A stretch of 64,000 bases of DNA from an uncultured Candidatus Saccharibacteria bacterium (GTDB taxonomy: Bacteria > Patescibacteriota > Minisyncoccia > Phycocordibacterales > JABMNX01): assembly GCA_964575755.1 (NCBI GenBank), contig CAZNRH010000004.1:699-64698 (forward strand). Direction: 5' to 3'. This document shows positions 1 through 9,284 of this stretch, piece after piece. Under the pieces are notes generated by a model. The model saw only the letters and a program-made list of their open reading frames with translations, was not told where the DNA came from and made no database searches. Every line of letters starts with the position of its first letter. Within the stretch, counting starts at the first letter, position 1. The position numbers and the translations under genes were made by a program.

Positions 1-1054
1 TGTAGGATACACGAATGAAATTGTCGGTTTGGCCGTTACAGCAATTAACGCAGGAATTACGGTTGTTGAAAAAGGATATGTTGATATATCTAGCAAAACC
101 ACTACAAATCAAAATGAAGTAACAACAGGTGTTGTGTCTGGTACTCAGGAAGATGATGGTAGTAATGTTTTAGGTGGTAGTGATGGAGACACTTTGGTTG
201 GTGATACCAAAGTTGACACATTAGCGCCACAAGACGTGAATTTAGGCTACGAAGGGTTAACGGATGAAGAGAAGGAACGTGGAACCTTCTACACTATAGA
301 AGAGTTTCAAAAACTTGATCTTAATAAAATATTTAATATAGTTGTGCCGCCTGCTGTTGACCGTCCAGCTGGCCCTACACCAATACTTGACTTCAATGCT
401 TTTGAAGCCATTTACGGTCAGACATATACAACTTTGTCGTGGTCAAGTAGAAACACAACGCAATGCTCTGGAACGAATTTTGATACTTTTGACAAGACTT
501 CAGGCTCTGTCGATGCTTCACCAAATACCACAACAACCTATTACGTTACCTGCACTGGTTTCGGCGGTTCAATAACAAAAGGTGTAACAGTTGAAGTTAT
601 AGAACTTCCTCTACCCCCGACTCCACCATCTCTCTTTTTTTATGCGACAACAACAGCTGGAGATTCTTCGGTGCTGTCATGGGAGAGTGTCGATGCAACA
701 ATTTGTAATGGCGTGAACTTCAATACAAGAGGAGAGACATCAGGCTCGGTTGAAGTGTCGCAGGGCACAACGACGACTTATTCTATTGTTTGCACAGGAG
801 AAGGTGGTTCTGTAAGTGAAGAGGTTATAGTGAAGGTATATAGTCCAGAGACGAGCATTGAGGTCGTTTCGCTTGGTGGAGGTACGGTCATTACTTGGGC
901 TACCACTGACGTAGAGAATTGTCTGGTATCAGGAACTGATGGATACTCCTATCAAGTACCAGCAGAGTCAGTTGCTTCGGGCTCTGTGGAAGCTGGTTTC
1001 ACTAATCAAGGGGTAACTTATACCATCTCGTGTGATATTTTAGATGGTAGTTAA
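1..1054 (+). CDS. Surface/secreted protein with repeated Cys-paired beta-sandwich (Ig/PKD-like) modules; 5' end lies outside the window
   Basis: Frame is open from position 2. Two near-identical modules (LSWxSxxxTxCxGxNFxT..TSGSV....TTTYxxxCTGxGGS) plus a third divergent one; Thr/Ser/Pro-rich linkers typical of CPR surface proteins. Confidence 0.7.
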   Translation, partial: VGYTNEIVGLAVTAINAGITVVEKGYVDISSKTTTNQNEVTTGVVSGTQEDDGSNVLGGSDGDTLVGDTKVDTLAPQDVNLGYEGLTDEEKERGTFYTIEEFQKLDLNKIFNIVVPPAVDRPAGPTPILDFNAFEAIYGQTYTTLSWSSRNTTQCSGTNFDTFDKTSGSVDASPNTTTTYYVTCTGFGGSITKGVTVEVIELPLPPTPPSLFFYATTTAGDSSVLSWESVDATICNGVNFNTRGETSGSVEVSQGTTTTYSIVCTGEGGSVSEEVIVKVYSPETSIEVVSLGGGTVITWATTDVENCLVSGTDGYSYQVPAESVASGSVEAGFTNQGVTYTISCDILDGS

Positions 1055-1172
1055 AATACTCGCAATTTTACATCGATCTGTTGTTTATAAGAAAAGTGTA
1101 TGGGGAGTCAAATAAGATATAAATATCGACACAGAGTGTTGATATTTTTGTTTTTATATTGGTTGTTATGAC

Positions 1173-1646
1173 TTAAAAGCCGAAGAACTCTAAAGCTTTG
1201 TGGAAAATTGGTTCATGTAGCTCTTCTTCATCAAGTTTTGTTAATAACGTATCCCTTATATCCTCTGGGGCTATTGATTCTGTAAGTGGAATAATAATAT
1301 ATGGAGTCATGAGACGTTCTGACTTAAGTATAAGAGAATGGTGTCCGTGTTCGTCTTCATCTATCCAAAACGCTTCAAGTGTTTTAAAAGGATATAGAGT
1401 ATCGTCAATAGAGACTCCGTGTCTGTTTATCTCAAAATGTGTTAGGTGAGGTTTTTTTGCCGCAAATAGGGCGACTGTAAATGCTGCAATGATAATAAGT
1501 AATGCGAACAGGATATTTTTAAATATGATTGCAGTAACAGCGCTTGAGAGTGCGATTATACCTAGCGCCCAAAACCAGTCGCTACTCTTTTCATTGTGGT
1601 CATACTCGTAACCTTGCCAGCTAATTTTTTCTGTTATTGTGTCCAT
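1173..1646 (-). CDS. Conserved CPR membrane protein (two TM helices plus PH-like domain, DUF5673-like)
   Basis: 157 aa; WxxxEY..EKSxDWFW motif, hydrophobic hairpin, then a beta-rich domain. Confidence 0.6.
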   Translation of the reverse strand: MDTITEKISWQGYEYDHNEKSSDWFWALGIIALSSAVTAIIFKNILFALLIIIAAFTVALFAAKKPHLTHFEINRHGVSIDDTLYPFKTLEAFWIDEDEHGHHSLILKSERLMTPYIIIPLTESIAPEDIRDTLLTKLDEEELHEPIFHKALEFFGF

Positions 1647-1729
1647 GTGAAGAATGGTTTATTTATATAAAATCCGTAATGTATGCATTTATAATATCAC
1701 GTGTGAGTGCGCGCAAGTACTGCTGTTTT

Positions 1730-1981
1730 TCAATGTCGGTCTCTGGACACGATTCCTTGAGAGGAATCGTCTTTTTTCTTTGAAAAATAGTATATGTAAA
1801 ATATTTCAAGAATACCTACGGTGTTTACTATAAGAAGCGCAATAAACCACCACTTGTCTCTGAGTTGTGCTGACTTCCAAAGGGCAAACCCTTTCCACAT
1901 TGTTGTCCATATAATGATTAATAAGACGGCAAAGAGTAATATAATACCGTGTTCGTTTGCAAATAATTCTAATTTGTTCAT
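1730..1981 (-). CDS. DUF5652-like small membrane protein
   Basis: 83 aa; WKGFALWKSA...WFIALLIVNTVGILEIFY pattern. Confidence 0.7.
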   Translation of the reverse strand: MNKLELFANEHGIILLFAVLLIIIWTTMWKGFALWKSAQLRDKWWFIALLIVNTVGILEIFYIYYFSKKKDDSSQGIVSRDRH

Positions 1982-2113
1982 CCCGTTAGAGTTAGGACAC
2001 TGATATAGACAATCTTTGTCCTAAAATTAAACTTTTTGTTAAAAATCGACTTTATTCCCCATATATTGTTTCAGTGTCCGACAGTCGTCCATGAACGACT
2101 TATCTCTAACGGG
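1982..2113. mobile_element. MITE-like element with CCCGTTAGAG/CTCTAACGGG terminal inverted repeats, inserted at a start codon
   Basis: Perfect 10-bp TIR at 1982-1991 and 2104-2113; internal IR GGACACTGA/TCAGTGTCC; minus-strand flanks ATGAAT and ATGAAC. Confidence 0.7.
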
Positions 2114-2152
2114 ATTCATATACACAGTATACTACTTCTAAACAAAACTGTG

Positions 2153-2231
2153 GGCTACCTCGTGCTGGAACTGTGGGATTCCTTGCCCTGTAAGATTATT
2201 TCACTCTTTTTTTGAATATAAATCGAAGGTT
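2153..2231. repeat. Cassette boundary module A, copy 1 (other copies 2823-2902 and about 3479-3560)
   Basis: GGCTACCTCG..TGGAAC..CTGTAAGRTTATTTYACT..AATATAAAT..AAGGTT, collinear with 2823-2902. Confidence 0.75.
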
Positions 2232-2251
2232 CCTCGTGCAAGAATATAAAA

Positions 2252-2719
2252 TCATAAATCTTTTCTCATCTCTATTCTATAATTATAAAAACCAAATTTT
2301 CTCCAAGCCTTAATCCCTATCTTATTTCTTGCGTCTACGCTAAGCTCAATATGTTTGATTTTTTTCTCTTTAAACCATTCTAGTAGCTCATTGAGTAATT
2401 TTTCTCCAATTTTCTTATACCTATAATCTTCTTTAATAAAGGTATCATCAATATTCCCAATCTTTTCAGGCATAATATATGAAGAGGCCTCTAATACTAC
2501 ACCAACAATACGCCCAATGACCTTTCCGTCACCCTCAGCTACAAGCATTCTTACATTCTTATCTTTTAACTGATCTTTCGTGTATTTATCTAATCCTTTG
2601 TATTTAGAAAAGGGTTTGTAATATTTATCTATCTTGTAATGATAATCTGTTACATCTTCAATTAATTCCATTATTTCGTTTAGATCTTTATTTGTAGCTT
2701 TTCTTATGGTGATTTTCAT
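2252..2719 (-). CDS. GNAT family N-acetyltransferase
   Basis: 155 aa; IRKAT start, acetyl-CoA motif A (EDYRYKKIGEKLL), N..G.KAWRKFGF motif B. Confidence 0.85.
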   Translation of the reverse strand: MKITIRKATNKDLNEIMELIEDVTDYHYKIDKYYKPFSKYKGLDKYTKDQLKDKNVRMLVAEGDGKVIGRIVGVVLEASSYIMPEKIGNIDDTFIKEDYRYKKIGEKLLNELLEWFKEKKIKHIELSVDARNKIGIKAWRKFGFYNYRIEMRKDL

Positions 2720-2726
2720 ATCCTAA

Positions 2727-2902
2727 TTCTAACGCAGTTAGCAAATTCGCATAGCAAAGTTGTTTACAAGTTACTTCAAGCACACTAAGAAACTATTTTC
2801 CTCGTGCTAGCATGATGTGGCAGGCTACCTCGGGGTTGGAACCATAGTCGGTCAACCTCTGTAAGGTTATTTTACTATTTTTTCTAATATAAATTTAAGG
2901 TT
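2727..2902. repeat. Cassette junction: module D (2727-2811) joined to module A (2823-2902)
   Basis: Module D blocks TTCTAACGCA, ATAGCAAA, CAAGYTACTTCAAGC, CCTCRTGCYAGC and GATGYGG are shared with 4414-4499. Confidence 0.75.
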
Positions 2903-2913
2903 TTAACAGCTCT

Positions 2914-3462
2914 TTATTCTTCTTTGAATTTAAGCCTTGGCCACTTCTCAAACCACTCTTTCTTTTTTGCTCTTTCTTTAACTAAATCTAATCCTCCTGG
3001 AAATTTAGGGCTTGGTCTTACAACTAAATTAGTTAAATCATCTATTCCGTGTGGAGCTACAAGAGTTAATTTGCCATTTCTTAACCTGACTCCTATACCA
3101 GTGGCTGTCTCTGGCCATCGAGAAATAGCATCCCTCATTGATTTATAAGGAGGTAAATTATTCCATTTGTGAGCATATACTTCATTGACTATTTCCCAAT
3201 CGAAACCCGTCTGGTTACTAAGTTTTTGTGATAATTTTTTGTCGGTTTTCTGATTGGTTTCTTTGGGGTCATAATAAACCAAATCGATATCATTTGTGTC
3301 AACTTTTAAATTTGAATATCCGTGTAAATAATCCCACACTTTATTTCTTATAAATCCACCGCCTATAACCCAATTAGGAAAATTTAGATCTTCTGCAATT
3401 TGCAAGACTTTCATCATCCACTCATCTTTTTTTATTAAATTTAAAATGTCTTGTTCATTCAT
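2914..3462 (-). CDS. Nucleotidyltransferase family protein (DUF925/NTP_transf_6-like)
   Basis: 182 aa; GGGFIRNKVWD, DIDLVYYD, WPETAT, APHGIDDL and KWPRL motifs. Confidence 0.85.
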   Translation of the reverse strand: MNEQDILNLIKKDEWMMKVLQIAEDLNFPNWVIGGGFIRNKVWDYLHGYSNLKVDTNDIDLVYYDPKETNQKTDKKLSQKLSNQTGFDWEIVNEVYAHKWNNLPPYKSMRDAISRWPETATGIGVRLRNGKLTLVAPHGIDDLTNLVVRPSPKFPGGLDLVKERAKKKEWFEKWPRLKFKEE

Positions 3463-3615
3463 GTTTTTATACGTTGCGGGCTACCTCGTGTGTTCAGACC
3501 GTGGTCGTTAAGGTCAGCAAGGTTCGTTTCAAGCTTTTTAGAATATCATTTCAACGTACCTTGGGCGCCTTATATTTTTTTAAAAAGTTACAAAAGTGAA
3601 ATTTGGGTTATTAGA

Positions 3616-4410
3616 TTACAATTTCTCAATTCTAACTGCATTAAAGGCTCTTAGGATATCTTCTTTTAAGGTTGGAGTATAATCTTTGGTTTCGTTTCCT
3701 TTATCGTCCGAAAGTGCAGTTCCGTTCCCATATAGAACAACATACGTGTTTTTTCCAAGACTAACAACTGCTATGTATCCTCGTAATGTGATAGTTTCAT
3801 ATTCTGTATGTATATCAGTTGGTATAAGGTTGGTATATTTAATATTAAGAGTTGGATTGGATATGTTTAACAGAATAGCAGCACCTTTCATAAGTCGTCT
3901 ACATAGAGAGTTATTGCTTTTGCTACCAACATCACTATGAGATAGGCCACCAGAGAAATCATAAAGTGTGCCTTGGTATCCGTTGATTTGTATCTGTTTG
4001 GAGGACATAATATTTCCTGTAGGCATTTCTATACATGGATTCGGATCGCCAAAATCATACAACCAATTTTTCTGGTCAGCTACAGCTAGACTGAAATGAT
4101 CTTGGAGCGTAAATTCTCTATTCTCTTTAAATTTTACAAGATACGCTCCTAGCCAAGATTGATATTGTTTTGCATTACGATCGTAACGGGAGGAAACACC
4201 GTTTTTGTCTCTTGCCCCCATAGTCCAATGGTTGACTCCCCAAGTCCTAATGCCATGTTTAGCCCAAGAAGGTCCCATATTGAATCTAACTAACCCATTG
4301 ATCCAAGTGTTAGGGATGTTTGTAAATTCAACACGATATCCAATCTTTCTCTCGAGTAGTCGAATATACCAAGAATACATATAACCAATGAATTGTAGAA
4401 TGTTTTTCAT
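3616..4410 (-). CDS. Hypothetical protein (cassette cargo)
   Basis: Long ORF. ATG at 4410 chosen because it follows GTTAGAA of module D, as the GNAT start does. Confidence 0.65.
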   Translation of the reverse strand: MKNILQFIGYMYSWYIRLLERKIGYRVEFTNIPNTWINGLVRFNMGPSWAKHGIRTWGVNHWTMGARDKNGVSSRYDRNAKQYQSWLGAYLVKFKENREFTLQDHFSLAVADQKNWLYDFGDPNPCIEMPTGNIMSSKQIQINGYQGTLYDFSGGLSHSDVGSKSNNSLCRRLMKGAAILLNISNPTLNIKYTNLIPTDIHTEYETITLRGYIAVVSLGKNTYVVLYGNGTALSDDKGNETKDYTPTLKEDILRAFNAVRIEKL

Positions 4411-4413
4411 ACT

Positions 4414-4496
4414 TTCTAACGCAACCACTAAATTTGTATAGCAAATTACCTGCAAGCTACTTCAAGCGCCTGAGACCTCATGCCAGCTCTAAGATG
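4414..4496. repeat. Cassette boundary module D, copy 2, abutting the tRNA-Ser 3' end
   Basis: Collinear similarity to 2727-2820. Confidence 0.75.
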
Positions 4497-4580
4497 CGGA
4501 GGAGGTGGGACTCGAACCCACAAGCGGTTTCCCGCGCCTGTTTTCAAGACAGGTCCGTTACCAATTCCGGGCACTCCTCC
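4497..4580 (-). tRNA. tRNA-Ser(TGA)
   Basis: GGAGGAG/CTCCTCC acceptor, CCTGT-cTTGAaa-ACAGG anticodon arm, long variable arm, GGTTCGAGTCC T-loop; CCA not encoded. Confidence 0.95.
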
Positions 4581-4608
4581 TTGTCTAGACATGTATCCTA
4601 CCATTAAA

Positions 4609-5067
4609 TCAGCTATTTTTTAAGTGATGTTCCTCTGAGTGACAATTTGGACAAAGTAGTTTTAGGTTTTTCAATTCGTTATTTTCTTTGTTTCTATCTA
4701 TATGATGTACCTCTAATATTTTAGATATATCATAAGTGCACACCTCACATGTTCCACCTCTTTGGTGTAGTAGCCTTATTTTTAAACTCCTTATGTTTTT
4801 GACCTTATCTCTAGGTCTATTGATTTTGTATTTGATGCCTGTTCTGTGTATGTTTGCACATTTCCTACTACATGTTTTTTTATTTGCGCTAGCAAGAATT
4901 AATGTTCTGCAAACGGTACAAGGTTTTTCTTTCCTACAAGAAATTCCATAACAAACTTGTCCACAGAATACTCTACCCCCATTCCTTTCGATCTCAGCAG
5001 GTCTTTTGTATACGGGTTTACTGCAAATTAAGCATTTTGTATTGGGATTTCTTTTATACTCAGTCAC
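4609..5067 (-). CDS. HNH endonuclease with N-terminal CxxC zinc-finger repeats
   Basis: CEVC...LEVHHIDRNKENN..NL..LCPNCH. GTG start at 5067 lies 6 nt after a TGGTATACT extended -10. Confidence 0.85.
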   Translation of the reverse strand: MTEYKRNPNTKCLICSKPVYKRPAEIERNGGRVFCGQVCYGISCRKEKPCTVCRTLILASANKKTCSRKCANIHRTGIKYKINRPRDKVKNIRSLKIRLLHQRGGTCEVCTYDISKILEVHHIDRNKENNELKNLKLLCPNCHSEEHHLKNS

Positions 5068-5122
5068 TAACCCAGTATACCACAAAAACGTTTCGTGTAA
5101 GTATGTGTTAGGATATAAAAAT

Positions 5123-5539
5123 ATGAAAATTTTAGGAATTGATTATGGAACAAAAAGAGTTGGTATCGCTATTTCTGACGACACGGCTTCTCTTGCGTTC
5201 CCTAAAGCGATATTGAGCAACTCACATACTCTTTTAGATGAAATAAAGTCTATTATTGATAGTAATAAAGTAGAAGAAATTGTTATTGGGCAGTCACTTA
5301 ATACAGAAGGAGAAGAAAATCTGCTAATGGAAGATATTAAAAGGTTTATGACTCACTTAGATGGAAAAGTTAATCTTCCTATGCATCTTGAACCAGAATT
5401 CTTTACTTCAACTGAAGCACATAAGGGTGTAAAGGGTGGGGAGGTAAATCCTCACATGATAGATGCTGCAGCGGCAGCGCTTATACTTCAAAGGTATCTT
5501 GACAGAAGAAATAATAGTAAAAAGCAGGAAGAAAAATAA
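5123..5539 (+). CDS. ruvX: Holliday junction resolvase-like / pre-16S rRNA nuclease RuvX (YqgF)
   Basis: ILGIDYGTKRVGIAISD, E..TS.EA and IDAAAAALILQRYLD motifs. Confidence 0.92.
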   Translation: MKILGIDYGTKRVGIAISDDTASLAFPKAILSNSHTLLDEIKSIIDSNKVEEIVIGQSLNTEGEENLLMEDIKRFMTHLDGKVNLPMHLEPEFFTSTEAHKGVKGGEVNPHMIDAAAAALILQRYLDRRNNSKKQEEK

Positions 5540-5564
5540 TAAGTAAAAGGTATAATACATACAT

Positions 5565-5891
5565 ATGATTTCATTTGATGAGTTTAAAAATGTTGAGGTT
5601 AAGATAGGAGAGGTAAAGTCTGCAGAGCGTGTCGAGAATACTGATAAACTAATACGGCTCATGGTTGACGTGGGCGAGGAGGAGGATAGACAGATAGTCT
5701 CTGGTATAGCGCTTTACACTGAAGCAGATGCTCTTGTAGGAAGGAAGTTTCCATTTGTTGTAAATCTTGAGCCACGTGTTATTTGTGGTCTAGAAAGTAA
5801 TGGCATGATTCTAGCCGTCTCATCTAGTGACGGAGAGTTTTCTTTTTTAGAGCCTACATCAGATATTTCTGCTGGAAGTAGTATTGGATAA
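5565..5891 (+). CDS. Stand-alone tRNA-binding OB domain (MetRS C-terminal/Trbp111/CsaA-like)
   Basis: ISFDEF, DKL, RQIVSGI and VVNLEPR..GLESNGMILA motifs; metG at 37034 lacks this domain. Confidence 0.88.
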   Translation: MISFDEFKNVEVKIGEVKSAERVENTDKLIRLMVDVGEEEDRQIVSGIALYTEADALVGRKFPFVVNLEPRVICGLESNGMILAVSSSDGEFSFLEPTSDISAGSSIG

Positions 5892-5905
5892 TATATAATC
5901 GATAT

Positions 5906-6517
5906 ATGTTGGTAAGTATTATAGAAAAAATAACAACACTACAAACACGTAGTACAGAGTGGTTTAAGGAAAGGGCACATGGTGCCTATGCTAAAGCATG
6001 GTTATTTTTCTTGTCATTTACTGAGTCTTCATTCTTGTTTATTCCGCCAGACATATTACTCGTCGCCATTTTACTGGCTGGTTCTCGTCAGTGGTTTCAC
6101 TATGCAACACTTACTACGATAGCGTCTGTACTCGGTGCTGTATTTGGTTATGCTGTGGCAGTGTTTTTCTTTGATACCGTGGGTATTAAGATAATACACT
6201 TCTATAACCTCGAAGTAGTCATGGATTCAGTACGGCTATTGTTTAACAACAATGCATTTTTAGTTATCTTCACAGCTGCATTTACTCCAATTCCATACAA
6301 AGTGTTTGTTCTCGCCGCTGGATTCCTTAAGGTTAACTTCTTTGCATTCCTTGTGGCTTCTATTATTGGCAGAGGGATGCGTTATTTTGTGATTTCATAC
6401 ACAGTCCATATGTTTGGTAAGCGTGCAGTGACACTTCTTTCTAGATACTCGGTTGCGGTTACATTAAGTGTTGTCATTCTCATTTCTATTTTTATAATAA
6501 AGGGTATATTTTTCTAA
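5906..6517 (+). CDS. DedA/YqaA (VTT domain) membrane protein
   Basis: FTESSF..IPPD and FTPIPYKVF...AG...GRG.RY motifs. Confidence 0.88.
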   Translation: MLVSIIEKITTLQTRSTEWFKERAHGAYAKAWLFFLSFTESSFLFIPPDILLVAILLAGSRQWFHYATLTTIASVLGAVFGYAVAVFFFDTVGIKIIHFYNLEVVMDSVRLLFNNNAFLVIFTAAFTPIPYKVFVLAAGFLKVNFFAFLVASIIGRGMRYFVISYTVHMFGKRAVTLLSRYSVAVTLSVVILISIFIIKGIFF

Positions 6518-6613
6518 AAAACGTAAATTCATAATAGTTTATCCGTTCTTAAGATACATCATTACTACATCTGGCAGTAATGTCAGCGTACAGTTATACT
6601 AGTAGTACATACA

Positions 6614-7705
6614 ATGAAAAAACAAATGTCAGAGGAGACAATAATGGAAAGATTTTCTAATTTCTTTCCGCCACCTGAGTTTATAAATCTTAAGGCTACT
6701 GGTGTTGATATATCAGACAATTCTGTAAAAGTTTTAGGATTTAAAAATACACAAAAAGGAAGTATTCCTGTTTTTTTTGAGGAAAACAAAATATCTGACG
6801 GAATAGTAAGCCAAGGAGGTATTGAAGATCAAGAATCTTTAATTAAAATTCTGAATGGTTTACGTATAAAGTACAATATGGAATTTGTTAGGGTGTCTTT
6901 GCCAGAAGAAAAAGCTTATTTATTTCAGACCACTGTTCCAAACCCTAATGATAAGAAGCAAATCTTAAATAGTGTAGAGTTTCAACTAGAGGAACATGTA
7001 CCTATTCCAACAGAAGAATCTGTATTTGATTTTGATATTATCAAGAAAAAACATGACGTTATCGATGTCAGTGTGACAGTTTTTCCTATAACAGTGATTG
7101 CTAATTACCAAAAAGTATTTAAATCGGCGGGACTTATTCCAGCGTCGTTTGTTATAGAGGGGCAAGCGATAGCTAATGCTGTTATCGCAAGCGGTGATAC
7201 ACAGACATATATGATAGTTGATTTTGGTAGGGCTAGAAGCGGAATATCGATTGTTAAAAATGGTATTGTAAGTTACACATCAACGGTAGAAGTTGGAGGA
7301 AATAAATTAACAGAGGCTATTATGAAACATTTTAAGGTCGACGATGTTGAGGCACAAAAAATAAAGAATAAAAAAGAATTTATCAACAACAAAGAAAACA
7401 AAGAACTTTACAGCTCACTCACAACCACAATCTCTGCTCTTAAAGATGAAATAAATCGCCACTTTACATTCTGGAACTCTAAAGATGCAAATCAAAAGAA
7501 AGAAGATAAAATAAGTAAAATAATTTTATGTGGCGGTAATGCTTCGTTGTCTGGGTTGTCAGAATTTTTGTCTGTGAATATTAAGGTGCCTGTTGAAAGA
7601 GCACGTGTGTGGCAAAATGCTTTTTCTTATAATGATTATATACCTGGGTTGAGTTACGAGGAGTCGTTGTCATACGCGACAGTTATCGGTCTTGCTTTAG
7701 CATAA
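6614..7705 (+). CDS. pilM: Type IV pilus assembly protein PilM
   Basis: Actin-like fold: GVDISDNSVK, IVDFG, GGNKLT, IILCGGNASL, YATVIGLAL. Confidence 0.88.
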   Translation: MKKQMSEETIMERFSNFFPPPEFINLKATGVDISDNSVKVLGFKNTQKGSIPVFFEENKISDGIVSQGGIEDQESLIKILNGLRIKYNMEFVRVSLPEEKAYLFQTTVPNPNDKKQILNSVEFQLEEHVPIPTEESVFDFDIIKKKHDVIDVSVTVFPITVIANYQKVFKSAGLIPASFVIEGQAIANAVIASGDTQTYMIVDFGRARSGISIVKNGIVSYTSTVEVGGNKLTEAIMKHFKVDDVEAQKIKNKKEFINNKENKELYSSLTTTISALKDEINRHFTFWNSKDANQKKEDKISKIILCGGNASLSGLSEFLSVNIKVPVERARVWQNAFSYNDYIPGLSYEESLSYATVIGLALA

Positions 7706-7707
7706 TT

Positions 7708-8247
7708 ATGGCTAATTTATTACCTCAAAAAGAAAGAAAGTCATTCGAATGGGAATATAGATCCAGGTTAGTTGTCATAATACTATTATTCTTTATAGTC
7801 ACATTTGTGATTGGTGTAGTATTTTTACTGCCTTCGTATTTTATCTCTCAATCAAAAAATGAGTCTATTGCACGACAGTTTGAATTATTAGAAAAAGCAA
7901 TAGAATTACGAGAGGAAGACGTTTCAGTTAAATCCTTACTAGCTGTAAAACAAAAAATTAATGAGTTGACTATTGTTAATGGACAGGTTCCTCAGACTAA
8001 AATATTGCAGGTGATTATAGACAGTATGGATAGTCATGTCACAGTAAACGCGTTTTTTTATATACAAAGTAAAGACAAAAACAGTGAGATGAGAATCACA
8101 GGCACGGCAGAATCTCGCACAGCCCTCCTTTCATTTTCTGATAGATTAAAAAAAGAGGAATTGTTTGAGCTGGTCGATTTCCCAGTATCAAGCTTGGCTC
8201 GAGATTCGGATATTGTATTCTCTATAATCTTGAGTGGAAATTTTTAA
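7708..8247 (+). CDS. pilN: PilN-like pilus alignment protein
   Basis: N-terminal NLLP motif, one TM, coiled coil, ITGTAESR; directly follows pilM. Confidence 0.75.
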   Translation: MANLLPQKERKSFEWEYRSRLVVIILLFFIVTFVIGVVFLLPSYFISQSKNESIARQFELLEKAIELREEDVSVKSLLAVKQKINELTIVNGQVPQTKILQVIIDSMDSHVTVNAFFYIQSKDKNSEMRITGTAESRTALLSFSDRLKKEELFELVDFPVSSLARDSDIVFSIILSGNF

Positions 8248-8259
8248 TGATATGGTTAC

Positions 8260-8797
8260 TATGAAATTATCAAAAACACAGATAAAAATTATTACAGCGG
8301 CTTTTATAGCTGCAATGTTTTTGGGTGTTTACGGTTCTTTTTTTATAACTATCAAAAATAAAAATAACCACATATCAGAACTTAAAAACCAGGTTGACAT
8401 AGAGGTAAGAAAAGACCATCGCCTGTATTCGGTTAAATCATTGTTAACTGACTTAAATAAAGAAATTAAGCAAATTGATACATATCTTGTGGCTGATGAT
8501 GGTGTGGTGGATTTCTTAGAAGATCTAGAAAATTTAGGTTCAATAGCTGATGTTTCTGTTAGCGTTAATTCAGTGAGTGTAGACAAAAAAACAACAGAAA
8601 TGCTTCCGTTTGAACTTTTGAAAGTTGAGTTTGTAACTCGCGGAAAATGGCGTTCTGTGGTTCAGCTTATGTCTTTATTAGAAACATCTTCGCTCGGAAT
8701 AATTATCAATAGAGTACATCTTGAGAAACTTTCGAGTTCGGAATCTTGGCAAAGTAATATTAGTTTTACTGTTTTAAAATCAAAAGTAATAGAGTAA
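8260..8797 (+). CDS. pilO: PilO-like pilus alignment protein
   Basis: TM plus coiled coil plus GKW..V.Q.M..LE core; third gene of the pilMNO cluster. Start codon uncertain. Confidence 0.65.
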
Positions 8798-9136
8798 TTG
8801 GATATGGACATAGAAATGACAAAACAAAAAGTAAAGAGTCGGTTATTTTCAATAGCATTTGGAGATAAACATTTACGTTCAAAAATATATTATCATTGGA
8901 ATATCATACTCGCTGTGTTTATTGGACTGAATCTTTTGTTGTTAGTATTCAGTTGGTATCTCTTCTTACAAATAAATGAGGGAGGTATCTTTCTTGTAGA
9001 AAAAGAAAACACTGTTCAAATTGATACTATCGATAGGAATATGCTCAATGAGCTTATAAAATCTTTTGATGAAAAGAAGGTTATCTTTGAAGGGAGGACG
9101 GTATCTGCACCAAGGTTGTCAGACCCTTCTTTATAG
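8798..9136 (+). CDS. Hypothetical single-pass membrane protein of the pil cluster
   Basis: 112 aa, one TM, C-terminal DPS; abuts the pilO stop. Confidence 0.6.
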   Translation: MDMDIEMTKQKVKSRLFSIAFGDKHLRSKIYYHWNIILAVFIGLNLLLLVFSWYLFLQINEGGIFLVEKENTVQIDTIDRNMLNELIKSFDEKKVIFEGRTVSAPRLSDPSL

Positions 9137-9212
9137 GTGAAGTAATTGTTTTTTAAGTGTTTGTTCCGTATAGTATTAAAGCGTATAGGTTAATTGGGGG
9201 TATTATAAGAAT

Positions 9213-9284
9213 CTCTCCGTAGCTTAATGGATAGAGCAACGGGTTTCTACCCCGTCGATGCGGGTTCGATTCCTGCCGGAGAGA
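9213..9284 (+). tRNA. tRNA-Arg(TCT)
   Basis: CTCTCCG/CGGAGAG acceptor, ACGGG-ttTCTac-CCCGT anticodon arm, GGTTCGATTCC T-loop. Confidence 0.92.

Noticed and set aside
2153-4496. Classical integron with attC sites
   Set aside because: GTTAGAA does not fit GTTRRRY, I see no RYYYAAC inverse core after the stops or attC-type hairpin, and there is no intI. Reported instead as a non-canonical cassette array.
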